Source: Bacteroidales bacterium
Lineage (GTDB): Bacteria; Bacteroidota; Bacteroidia; Bacteroidales; VadinHA17
Direction: 5' to 3'
Length of the DNA: 64,000 bases
Assembly (NCBI GenBank): GCA_049792755.1
Contig: JBARBF010000042.1
Span: 14,999-78,998, forward strand
Shown here: positions 25,148 to 32,974 of the stretch, piece after piece
Numbering within the stretch: position 1 is the first letter of the stretch
Layout of the letters: every line of letters begins with the position of its first letter
Program-made: the position numbers and the translations under genes
The notes under the pieces: model-generated
Seen by the model: only the letters and a program-made list of their open reading frames with translations
The model's database searches: none
What the model was told of the DNA's origin: nothing

Positions 25148-27171
25148 TAGCTTATATTTTAAAATCAAGTCTAAGTCTGTTATTTTTATTCGGACTTTAC
25201 TGGTTCATTCTGAGAAAAGAGAAACTTTTCACATTTAACAGGTATTTCCTTATATTCTCAATCCTCTTATCTGTTATCATTCATTTTATATCAATCCCCG
25301 TAGATATTCTGGGAAACAATGTCCAGAGAAATGTTATTACTGTGTTAAATAGTAACCTTTCTGTATTTAATACCGAACAAAATATAATTAATGATATATC
25401 ATATCTTCCGATTACTGAGGACCAAACTACCGATGAGGTGCATCCTTCTTTTATCACCCTCTCGAAAATTTTGTTATTTCTATACATTTCAGGGGTTATT
25501 GTACTCATGTCTCGTTTCATACGGAATATATACCTCATCTCCAAACAGATAAGAATGTCTGAAAATGCTATATATTCTGGAAAAAGACTAGTTCTAATCG
25601 AAGATCTGATTAATCCGTATTGCTTTTACAAAACCATATTCGTAAACAAACACGACTATCTTAATAGAAAGATCGGAACAGAGTTACTAGCGCATGAGCT
25701 GGAACATATAAAGCAATCCCATTCAATTGATATATTATTCCTTGAATTAGTCCGAATCGTTTACTGGTTTAATCCGATTCTTATTTTGTATAGTAGAGCT
25801 ATCCGAGTTAATCATGAATATATGGCTGATAATGGCGTCCTCAGGGAATCTCTCGATATAAAGAGCTATGCCGATAAACTATTAAGTTTTATTAGCTGTA
25901 AAAGAAATATACCATTAACAAGTGAATTTAATCACTCACTAACGAAAAGGAGATTGCTAATGATAACAAAACCCAAGTCTAAAAGTGCCATTTACGGATT
26001 AAGAATCACATTGACTCTATGTATGATATTAGTATTCTTCCTTTTCTTTAGTTTTAAACCATCGAATGCACAACCAATTATCTCATTAACAAATCATAAA
26101 GATGCTATAGATACATTACTGATTGATGAAGATTCTTTAAAAACCAGCAAGACTATTTTGAAACTTACGACTCAGTCATCCAATGTAATTGACAAGAAGG
26201 TTACATACACCTCCTCAGGATATATTAAACGAGATACAATAAATCAAATGATTATACTTGTCGATAATGCCATTGTAAGCTTTGGTGAGATTACTATTAA
26301 AGCCGATTCTATTGTTTTTAATAAAAGAACAAACCAAGTATATGCAATTGGGAGGCAAGGTAGATCTGGTACGATTATTGGTAAGCCAATCTTTAAAGAA
26401 GGTTCTCAGGATATGGAAGCTGATGAGATTACATATAGCTTGAACACACGAAGAGCAGTTGTAAAAAATGTCAAAGCACAAGTAAACATAAAACTTAATG
26501 ATAGAGGATCTCTTGTTAATTCCCCCACTCCTAAACAGATTGATAAATCAAATAATGATGCCACAAAATCGATTGGGAATGAGAATATGTCAACTCTCCC
26601 TGAAAATGAAAACCCAGAACTATTTCCAATTAATAAAGATGAGTTTACTGAAATAAAAAGAAATTTTGGTGAAAAAAATATATATTCAAACACATCGGAT
26701 TTTTTGTTTTTAAACTCTGATCAATTAAAACCATTAGGTATTGAACTTAATAAGGATGGGGTGTTTTACAAAAACCTTAATCCCAACTGGAAACAAGATA
26801 AGGTTAGGTACTCTTGTTTAAGTTTCTATTGTAGTAGCAACAATTATTTGACTACAAATCATTACTCAGAGACAGATGTAATCAAAGCTAGAAACAGAAA
26901 TGAAAGGTTGTTAGTTAAGATGGAAATAACAAGAAATGATTTTTACCCAATATTAATAGGGAACACTAAAGGAAAGCAAGGTTTAAATAATGAAACCTTG
27001 GCGGAAGATTTAAAGCTTTTCCCTGTTGCCATTTGCATGAGTGAAACGAAATTGCGAAATAGAAAAGATACTATCGTTGTATGGTTCAAACCTTCAGAAG
27101 CTTTGAAGAAAGCATTACCAGAGAATGTAAAGATTGAAGACTATTTGAAACTGCCGATAAGAACGAAATAA
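25144..27171 (+). CDS. BlaR1-like M56 family membrane metalloprotease/sensor with an unassigned ~370-aa C-terminal domain
   Basis: 675 aa with N-terminal TM segments, an HELEH zinc motif (nt 25693-25707), a further TM segment, and then an extracytoplasmic region I cannot assign to a penicillin-binding sensor fold. Confidence 0.8.
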   Translation: MIAYILKSSLSLLFLFGLYWFILRKEKLFTFNRYFLIFSILLSVIIHFISIPVDILGNNVQRNVITVLNSNLSVFNTEQNIINDISYLPITEDQTTDEVHPSFITLSKILLFLYISGVIVLMSRFIRNIYLISKQIRMSENAIYSGKRLVLIEDLINPYCFYKTIFVNKHDYLNRKIGTELLAHELEHIKQSHSIDILFLELVRIVYWFNPILILYSRAIRVNHEYMADNGVLRESLDIKSYADKLLSFISCKRNIPLTSEFNHSLTKRRLLMITKPKSKSAIYGLRITLTLCMILVFFLFFSFKPSNAQPIISLTNHKDAIDTLLIDEDSLKTSKTILKLTTQSSNVIDKKVTYTSSGYIKRDTINQMIILVDNAIVSFGEITIKADSIVFNKRTNQVYAIGRQGRSGTIIGKPIFKEGSQDMEADEITYSLNTRRAVVKNVKAQVNIKLNDRGSLVNSPTPKQIDKSNNDATKSIGNENMSTLPENENPELFPINKDEFTEIKRNFGEKNIYSNTSDFLFLNSDQLKPLGIELNKDGVFYKNLNPNWKQDKVRYSCLSFYCSSNNYLTTNHYSETDVIKARNRNERLLVKMEITRNDFYPILIGNTKGKQGLNNETLAEDLKLFPVAICMSETKLRNRKDTIVVWFKPSEALKKALPENVKIEDYLKLPIRTK

Positions 27172-27642
27172 CGAGCCATAAAAAAGGGTTAAATAAATAA
27201 AGATGACCTTCCACAGAAAATTTGAATGACATATTGCTGGTTTTCTTTATCAATAAATTCCATTAAATCCAAATAGTCTATTTCGATTCTTCTTCCTCTG
27301 TACCGAGATATGTATTTTGTAACAAACCTCCTGTCACCTGAAAGGAAGATAAATTTGGATTTATTTTATTCAATCAGAATTTGCGTTTCAAAACTTGAAC
27401 AAACTCCTCATTATTGTCCAAAACCTGGCTTAAACCTGGCATGAAATAAAAAACCACTTACAGATTTTTCTCGCAAGTGGTTGATTATTAAAAGTGGGCT
27501 CAGCTGTGCTAGAATCAGCGACCGCTTTAATATGAAACCAATAAGTAATTTATCTTTAAACATAGGAAATAACATAAAACAATGTCCTTAAATTTAGATA
27601 AAGATGCTGTATATCAAATAATTAAACAGTATAGTTAAAATA

Positions 27643-27725
27643 CACATGAATAAAAAACACTGGAATACTGTTTTACTTGACGGATCTGTACCTGATAAAG
27701 AGGTATTTTCATGGATCGATCATTC
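27643..27725 (+). repeat. right copy of the perfect 83-bp direct repeat (att-like)
   Basis: Identical to 24132-24214. Confidence 0.9.
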
Positions 27726-27744
27726 ATATGACCTGGTAAAATGA
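27646..27744 (+). pseudogene. orphan 3' fragment of the yjbR/mmcQ-family gene (probable ancestral 3' end)
   Basis: Reads MNKKHWNTVLLDGSVPDKEVFSWIDHSYDLVK* in frame. There is no upstream remainder of the gene and no obvious RBS or promoter. Confidence 0.7.
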
Positions 27745-27844
27745 ACAAACGAACAATTGAACAAACGAAGTCAGAAATCAGAATTTACTTCCTTCCATGA
27801 TCACTTCTGAATTCTTAATTCATTTGTTCTATTGTTCTTACTTC
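27743..27844 (-). repeat. family 3 palindromic element (inverted copy), directly after the orphan yjbR 3' end
   Basis: See 13661-13770. It begins within the stop codon of the orphan fragment. Confidence 0.8.
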
Positions 27845-27964
27845 AAAAAAAACTGAATTACAGATCTTTTTTGGAATATTTCTGCAATTATTCAATTCTA
27901 ATGCTCGATAATTTTTCTAGCTTAGCGCTTTATTTATCATCTTTATAAATATCCCAAAGTCAAA

Positions 27965-29191
27965 TTGTCATTAAATTCTTATACCATGAAAACCCGTATC
28001 CTGCTGGCATTTATTCTGTCACTTTTTATTGTACCGTCCTTTGCGCAAAAGAAAAATTCTGCTTCTCAGAAAACTGAAGAGGGTTACAAGTTTACTCCTG
28101 TAGCCGAATTAAAAGCGACTTCCGTTAAAAACCAGGCAAGCACCGGTACCTGCTGGGATTTCGCAACAACTTCATTTATTGAATCTGAATTACTCCGGAA
28201 AGGGAAAGGAGAATATGATCTTTCGGAAATGTATATAATCAGGTGTAACTATGTTGATAGGCTTAAAGATAACTTTATCAAAGAGGGAAAAGGGAACATC
28301 GTAGGAGGTGGTCAGGGTCATGATTGGATTGTCGAATTCGTGAAAAATGGCATTGTACCAAATGAAGTTTATACAGGCCTCAATTATGGTATACCGAACC
28401 ATAACCATAGCGAACTTAACGCTTTTATCAATGCAATTGCCGCTGTTCCTGTACAGAGAAAAAGAGAAAGCGACCAGTATTTTAGCATAGTGAATGCAGT
28501 ACTTGACATTTATCTCGGCAAATTACCTGAGACATTTACATATAAGGGTGTCGGCTATACTCCAAAATCATTTGCAGCCAGTCTTCAGATTAATCCTGAT
28601 GATTATGTTGAAATATCATCTTTTACTCTGTTCCCATTCTATAGTCAGGGGGTCGTCCCATTTCCTGACAATTGGCGAAACGCTAATTACTATAATGTTC
28701 CTCTCGATGAATTGATAGAAATAATGGATTATTCTCTGAAAAACGGTTACACAGTTAACTGGGATGGTGATGTAAGTGAAAAGGGATTCTCATATGTCAA
28801 AGGTGTCGCTATAATACCGGAGCTCGAAAAAGTCGACCAGTATTCCCCTGCCGATAAAGCCAGACTCGGGAAGATGACCCCGGATGAGCGCACAGCTGAA
28901 GCCTATAAGTTCAGCAGGCCTTTCCCGGAGGTTAAGGTAACGCAGGAAATTCGTGAAACAGGATATGATAATAAAACTACAACTGACGATCATAGTATGC
29001 ATATTACCGGTATTGTGAAAGATCAGAACGGCACCAAATATTATATTACCAAAAACTCATGGGGAACTGACAGGAATCCGTTCGGAGGCTACCTGAACAT
29101 GTCTGAAAACTATGTCAGGGCAAAAACGATCTATATTATGGTTAATAAAAATGCTATTCCTGCTGAAATAAAGACAAAACTGGGGTTGTAA
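27965..29191 (+). CDS. C1 family cysteine peptidase (aminopeptidase C / bleomycin hydrolase-like), exported
   Basis: QASTGTCWDFATTSFIESE is a catalytic-Cys motif. The signal peptide is MKTRILLAFILSLFIVPSFAQ. The probable true start is the ATG at 27986. Confidence 0.75.
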   Translation: MSLNSYTMKTRILLAFILSLFIVPSFAQKKNSASQKTEEGYKFTPVAELKATSVKNQASTGTCWDFATTSFIESELLRKGKGEYDLSEMYIIRCNYVDRLKDNFIKEGKGNIVGGGQGHDWIVEFVKNGIVPNEVYTGLNYGIPNHNHSELNAFINAIAAVPVQRKRESDQYFSIVNAVLDIYLGKLPETFTYKGVGYTPKSFAASLQINPDDYVEISSFTLFPFYSQGVVPFPDNWRNANYYNVPLDELIEIMDYSLKNGYTVNWDGDVSEKGFSYVKGVAIIPELEKVDQYSPADKARLGKMTPDERTAEAYKFSRPFPEVKVTQEIRETGYDNKTTTDDHSMHITGIVKDQNGTKYYITKNSWGTDRNPFGGYLNMSENYVRAKTIYIMVNKNAIPAEIKTKLGL

Positions 29192-29199
29192 CTATCGAG

Positions 29200-29219
29200 A
29201 GGCCACGCCATGGCGTGGC
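29200..29219. terminator. perfect 20-nt GC-rich palindrome between convergent genes (hairpin, possible bidirectional terminator)
   Basis: ggccacgccatggcgtggcc lies between the peptidase stop (29191) and the stop of the minus-strand gene (29221). There is no clear U-tract on either side. Confidence 0.45.
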
Positions 29220-29220
29220 C

Positions 29221-30219
29221 CTATTCTGCCATAAGATTACAGCCCCTGATATCGGAATTGTCGAACCTGCCAAGGACCTCGAAGCCTTCATCTTCATGAA
29301 TCCTGCCAAGATCCCCTGTAGCAATAAAAGAACATGAGTTTATATTTGCCAGGTCTATTATATTAATCCCTCCTGTTCCGGATGATTCATTATAAAGGGT
29401 CAGAGGATCCATAGGATCTCTGATAATTATTTTCATCCATGGCGGACAGTAAAATATCCCATCTTCTTTTGAATAAGCCTGACTCAATAATTCGGTCATC
29501 CCATACTCAGAATGAACTGAAAGAACATTCAGTTTTTCTTTTAAAATAGTGTGAAGCTCTGAACGTGTAATTTCTTTCCGCCTTCCTTTCATACCTCCTG
29601 TCTCCATCACGATTACTCCGGAAAGATCAGGTTCCTGGTTTTCTGCAAGGTCAAGCAGTGCAAAACTGACACCCAGTAACAGGACTTTTTGTTTTGCTTC
29701 TTTGGCATTCTTTATTGTCAGAAATAAGTTTCCGTTGTTATTTTTATAAAAACCGCTGAGTGGATTCCTGCTCCTCTTAATCAGATAATCAGCCATGTAA
29801 ACGAGCGAAGATCCTCTTCTTTCAGTGTAGGAAGGAAGCAAAGCGGCAATAAGATATTTTTCAGGTTCGCCGTAAAACAGTTTGAAACATCTCAGGAAAC
29901 TCTCTTCATATAAGTGTAATTCAGTTACAAAGTGTCTTCCGGGGATAATCCCTGTCGTACCGCTGCTTTCAAAGATCATTTCAACTGGAAAATTACCGGA
30001 AATTATTTTATGATTTCTGAATAATTCTACCGGAAGGAAAGGTATCTGGTAAGGAGTTTTTATGTCAGAAGGGACTTTCCCAAGCTTCTTTATAAAATCC
30101 TGATAAACAGAATTATGATCGTATTGATAATTAAATACTTCAAGTGCAGTTTCCCAAAAGTCTTTCTTGCTTTTAATATTGAATATCCGCCTCTGCAAAT
30201 TCTGCAACTGCGTCATCAT
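29221..30219 (-). CDS. LuxE/PaaK-like acyl-protein synthetase/acyltransferase family protein
   Basis: 332 aa. From recollection, its overall pattern resembles the widespread Bacteroidota LuxE-family 'acyl transferase' proteins. Its start overlaps the upstream lipoprotein stop (ATGATGA). Confidence 0.5.
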   Translation of the reverse strand: MMTQLQNLQRRIFNIKSKKDFWETALEVFNYQYDHNSVYQDFIKKLGKVPSDIKTPYQIPFLPVELFRNHKIISGNFPVEMIFESSGTTGIIPGRHFVTELHLYEESFLRCFKLFYGEPEKYLIAALLPSYTERRGSSLVYMADYLIKRSRNPLSGFYKNNNGNLFLTIKNAKEAKQKVLLLGVSFALLDLAENQEPDLSGVIVMETGGMKGRRKEITRSELHTILKEKLNVLSVHSEYGMTELLSQAYSKEDGIFYCPPWMKIIIRDPMDPLTLYNESSGTGGINIIDLANINSCSFIATGDLGRIHEDEGFEVLGRFDNSDIRGCNLMAE

Positions 30220-30746
30220 TTACCGGGAAAGGTTGATGAGCCATCAGGTTGATAAACCCATTGAAAAGTGCATTCCCCATAAGCTACAGACTGCCTTGTT
30301 TCATTAACAGTACTTACGATTCTTAATTTTGTATAGTTTCCGGTTCCTGACCTGAAGATCCATACCTGGTTTGCACTTATCGGATCGGCCATATCCTGCC
30401 ATTGTGTTACAGAGACTGTTTTTAGATTATCGAAGGCCGATTGGGCTGAAGTTACATCAGCAAAATCACCTGCTTTAAAAAATGATGGATTGAGATTGTT
30501 TGACTGAAGAGTTAATCTTGAGATCTGGTTGTCAACATTAACATAGATAGAGATATCCGGACCAGGATTATTTGTTGTGGGGACCAGTTTTGCCGTAGAA
30601 AATGAAAAGCCGTAGTTGTAATAAGTCGTTGAGTAGTAAGTAATGTTATCAATTGTATCAAGGCCTGATGTGCGGGTTGGTTCTTTTTTTGTGCAACCCG
30701 GGAGAATTGAAGAAATAATAATTAATATAAATATTATCCTTTTCAT
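30216..30746 (-). CDS. lipoprotein of unknown function
   Basis: 176 aa with a lipobox (SSILPGC) followed by a Thr/Asn/Tyr-rich region that looks like a beta-rich domain. I recognise no family. Confidence 0.6.
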   Translation of the reverse strand: MKRIIFILIIISSILPGCTKKEPTRTSGLDTIDNITYYSTTYYNYGFSFSTAKLVPTTNNPGPDISIYVNVDNQISRLTLQSNNLNPSFFKAGDFADVTSAQSAFDNLKTVSVTQWQDMADPISANQVWIFRSGTGNYTKLRIVSTVNETRQSVAYGECTFQWVYQPDGSSTFPGK

Positions 30747-30830
30747 AATGCAAAGATAATCGTTTTAGAATTAACCATGTTTCAATGTAAATGGCACACT
30801 TTCCAAAGAAGATATGATCAACATGTAGCT

Positions 30831-30877
30831 ACCTCTCTCCGTCCCTCAGTCTCTTCGTCTCTAAGTCTCTCGTCTTC
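30831..30877. repeat. tandem octamer repeat NNGTCTCT x5-6 immediately 3' of pgk
   Basis: Plus strand reads acCTCTCT ccGTCCCT caGTCTCT tcGTCTCT aaGTCTCT cgtcttc. The mRNA-sense strand reads AGAGACNN. Confidence 0.7.
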
Positions 30878-30879
30878 AG

Positions 30880-32166
30880 CTACTCTCCGCGAATTGCAGT
30901 AATCCCCGGAAGTTTTTTTCCTTCCATATACTCTAGCATAGCGCCGCCACCGGTTGAAACGTAGCTTACCTTATCGGCGAGTCCGTTCTTATTGATTGCA
31001 GCAACTGAATCGCCGCCTCCAATAAGGCTGTATGCCCCTTTTGAAGTAGCAGCAGCTATCGCTTTAGCAATTGCAGTTGTACCTTTTGAAAATTTTTCCA
31101 TCTCAAAGACACCCATCGGTCCGTTCCAGAGTATTGTTCTTGAATTTTCAATAACCGAAGAAAACTCTTTAATAGTTTTCTCTGCTATATCCAGCCCCAT
31201 CCATCCGTCTTCAACGGCACCGACAGCAGAAACTTTAGTATTAGCTTCATTATCAAACTTATCAGCGTTAAGACTATCGATAGGCAGATAGAGTTTAACT
31301 TTCTTTTCTTTTGCTTTATCAATGAGTTTCAGAGCAAGATCAAGCTTGTCCTCTTCACACAGAGACTTACCTATCTTACCACCCATTGCTTTAATAAAAG
31401 TATATGTCATACCACCACCGATAATCAGGTTATCGACCCTGTTCAGAAGGTTTTCTATCAGCATAATCTTATCCGAAACTTTTGCACCACCCATTATTGC
31501 GGTAAATGGTTTTTGCGGACTCTTAAGAACCTTATCCATTGCTGCAAGCTCGCTATTTATGAGGAAACCGAACATTCTCTTATCAGTGTCAAAATAATCA
31601 GCCATTACGGTAGTGGTGGCATGAGCCCGGTGGGCAGTTCCAAATGCATCATCGACATAAATTTCCGCATAGCCGGCAAGTTTTTTTGCCATCTCTTTTT
31701 GTTTTATTTTCATCTCAGCCTTTGCAGCTTTTTTCTCCTCATCAGTAACTGTCTCAGACAGAATTGGCTTACCCTCTTCTTCAGGATAAAAACGGACATT
31801 TTCAAGAAGAAGAATTTCTCCTGGTTTCAATGCCTCTGACATCTTCACAGCTGATTCGCCGAGGCAATCATCAGCGAATAATACCTTTTTACCAAGAAGC
31901 TTTTCCAGAACGGTAAGAACAGGCTTAAGCGAGTATTTCTCCATACGTCCTTCCGGTCTTCCCAGATGTGACATAAGAATCAGACATCCGCCATCGTTTA
32001 GAATTTTATTTATTGTCAGTAATGCTCCCCTGATCCTGGTATCATCAGTAACAGCAAAAGTCTTTTTGTCGAGGGGCACATTGAAATCGACCCTCACTAT
32101 TGCCTTCTTGCCTTTGAAATTAAAGTCCTGAATCATTTTCATAAATCGAATATTTTTAATTAACAC
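30880..32166 (-). CDS. pgk: phosphoglycerate kinase
   Basis: Contains [19 protein letters not shown] and IGGGDSVAA motifs. The likely true start is the ATG at 32142 or 32136; position 32166 is a GTG. Confidence 0.95.
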   Translation of the reverse strand: MLIKNIRFMKMIQDFNFKGKKAIVRVDFNVPLDKKTFAVTDDTRIRGALLTINKILNDGGCLILMSHLGRPEGRMEKYSLKPVLTVLEKLLGKKVLFADDCLGESAVKMSEALKPGEILLLENVRFYPEEEGKPILSETVTDEEKKAAKAEMKIKQKEMAKKLAGYAEIYVDDAFGTAHRAHATTTVMADYFDTDKRMFGFLINSELAAMDKVLKSPQKPFTAIMGGAKVSDKIMLIENLLNRVDNLIIGGGMTYTFIKAMGGKIGKSLCEEDKLDLALKLIDKAKEKKVKLYLPIDSLNADKFDNEANTKVSAVGAVEDGWMGLDIAEKTIKEFSSVIENSRTILWNGPMGVFEMEKFSKGTTAIAKAIAAATSKGAYSLIGGGDSVAAINKNGLADKVSYVSTGGGAMLEYMEGKKLPGITAIRGE

Positions 32167-32236
32167 AAGTATTTTTCAATTACAAACCTACATTTTTTTT
32201 GGAAATAATCCTTTCTAATCAAGCCTCAAAATATTC

Positions 32237-32339
32237 ACCTCTGTTCAACTCTCCCGCCTTAGCGGGAAATGTTGTGTAAGTTCTTTGCATTTTAGTTACA
32301 CAGAGGGCCACAGAGAAGGCACAGAGAGCCACAGAGAAC
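32237..32339 (-). repeat. dispersed intergenic repeat, family 1 (inverted copy) with four phased CACAGAG heptamers
   Basis: Contains CCCGC-CTTA-GCGGG (32253-32266) and TGTGTAA-N16-TTACACA (32273-32302). CACAGAG heptamers start at 32299, 32309, 32320 and 32330. Confidence 0.75.
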
Positions 32340-32378
32340 TATTATTAATTCCTGAACTGAAGAGAACGCTTTAGTTTA

Positions 32379-32924
32379 ATGTTACACCTTTATAAAAGAA
32401 TGATTAAATTTGAAAAAAAAGCTATGGCAAAAATTACGTTTAAAGGGAATCCGGTAAACACCTCTGGAAATCTTCCTTCAAGAGGTACAAAGGCCCCTGA
32501 TTTTTCGCTTGTAAAATCAGATCTCGGATTATTATCGTTATCAGAACTTAAAGGGAAAAAAGTTATTCTTAATATATTCCCCAGTCTCGATACATCTGTC
32601 TGTGCAGCAACGGTCAGAAAATTTAATCAGATGGCCGCAGGAATAAAAAATATGAAAGTTCTCGGGATATCGAAGGATCTTCCTTTTGCACATGGACGTT
32701 TCTGCACTACTGAAGGCATTACCAATGTTATAACCCTGTCAGGTTTCCGCGACAGAGAATTTGGCAGAGCATATGGCATTGATTACATTGACGGGCCAAT
32801 GGTCGGACTCTATGCAAGAGGGATAGTCGTAATTGATGAAACCGGGATTGTCATTTATACCGAGCTTGTTCCTGAACACACACAGGAGCCTGATTATGAA
32901 GCAGCACTTAAAGCTGTTCAATAA
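32379..32924 (+). CDS. tpx: thiol peroxidase
   Basis: FPSLDTSVCAATVRKFN is the peroxidatic Cys motif. The likely true start is the ATG at 32424 (MAKITFKGNPV). Confidence 0.9.
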   Translation: MLHLYKRMIKFEKKAMAKITFKGNPVNTSGNLPSRGTKAPDFSLVKSDLGLLSLSELKGKKVILNIFPSLDTSVCAATVRKFNQMAAGIKNMKVLGISKDLPFAHGRFCTTEGITNVITLSGFRDREFGRAYGIDYIDGPMVGLYARGIVVIDETGIVIYTELVPEHTQEPDYEAALKAVQ

Positions 32925-32974
32925 GTTAGGCCTCGACATAGCCTGTCTATTATTTGTTTTTTTGAGACACTCAA

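Larger units (their letters stand above)
24215..27642 (+). mobile_element. candidate integrated cassette without a recombinase (repeat array, blaI-like, blaR1-like, decayed tail)
   Basis: It is bounded by the 83-bp direct repeats and splits a gene 3' end from its orphaned alternative 3' end. It looks more AT-rich than the flanks by eye (not computed). No integrase or transposase ORF is present. Confidence 0.45.

Noticed and set aside
27484-27530. tRNA-like fragment (gtgggctcagctgtgctagaatcagcgaccgc) as a possible former tRNA att site
   Set aside because: It superficially resembles a D-arm (GCTCAGCTG), but no acceptor, anticodon or T-arm pairing can be drawn and there is no GTTCGAATC-type T-loop. 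It is probably chance.
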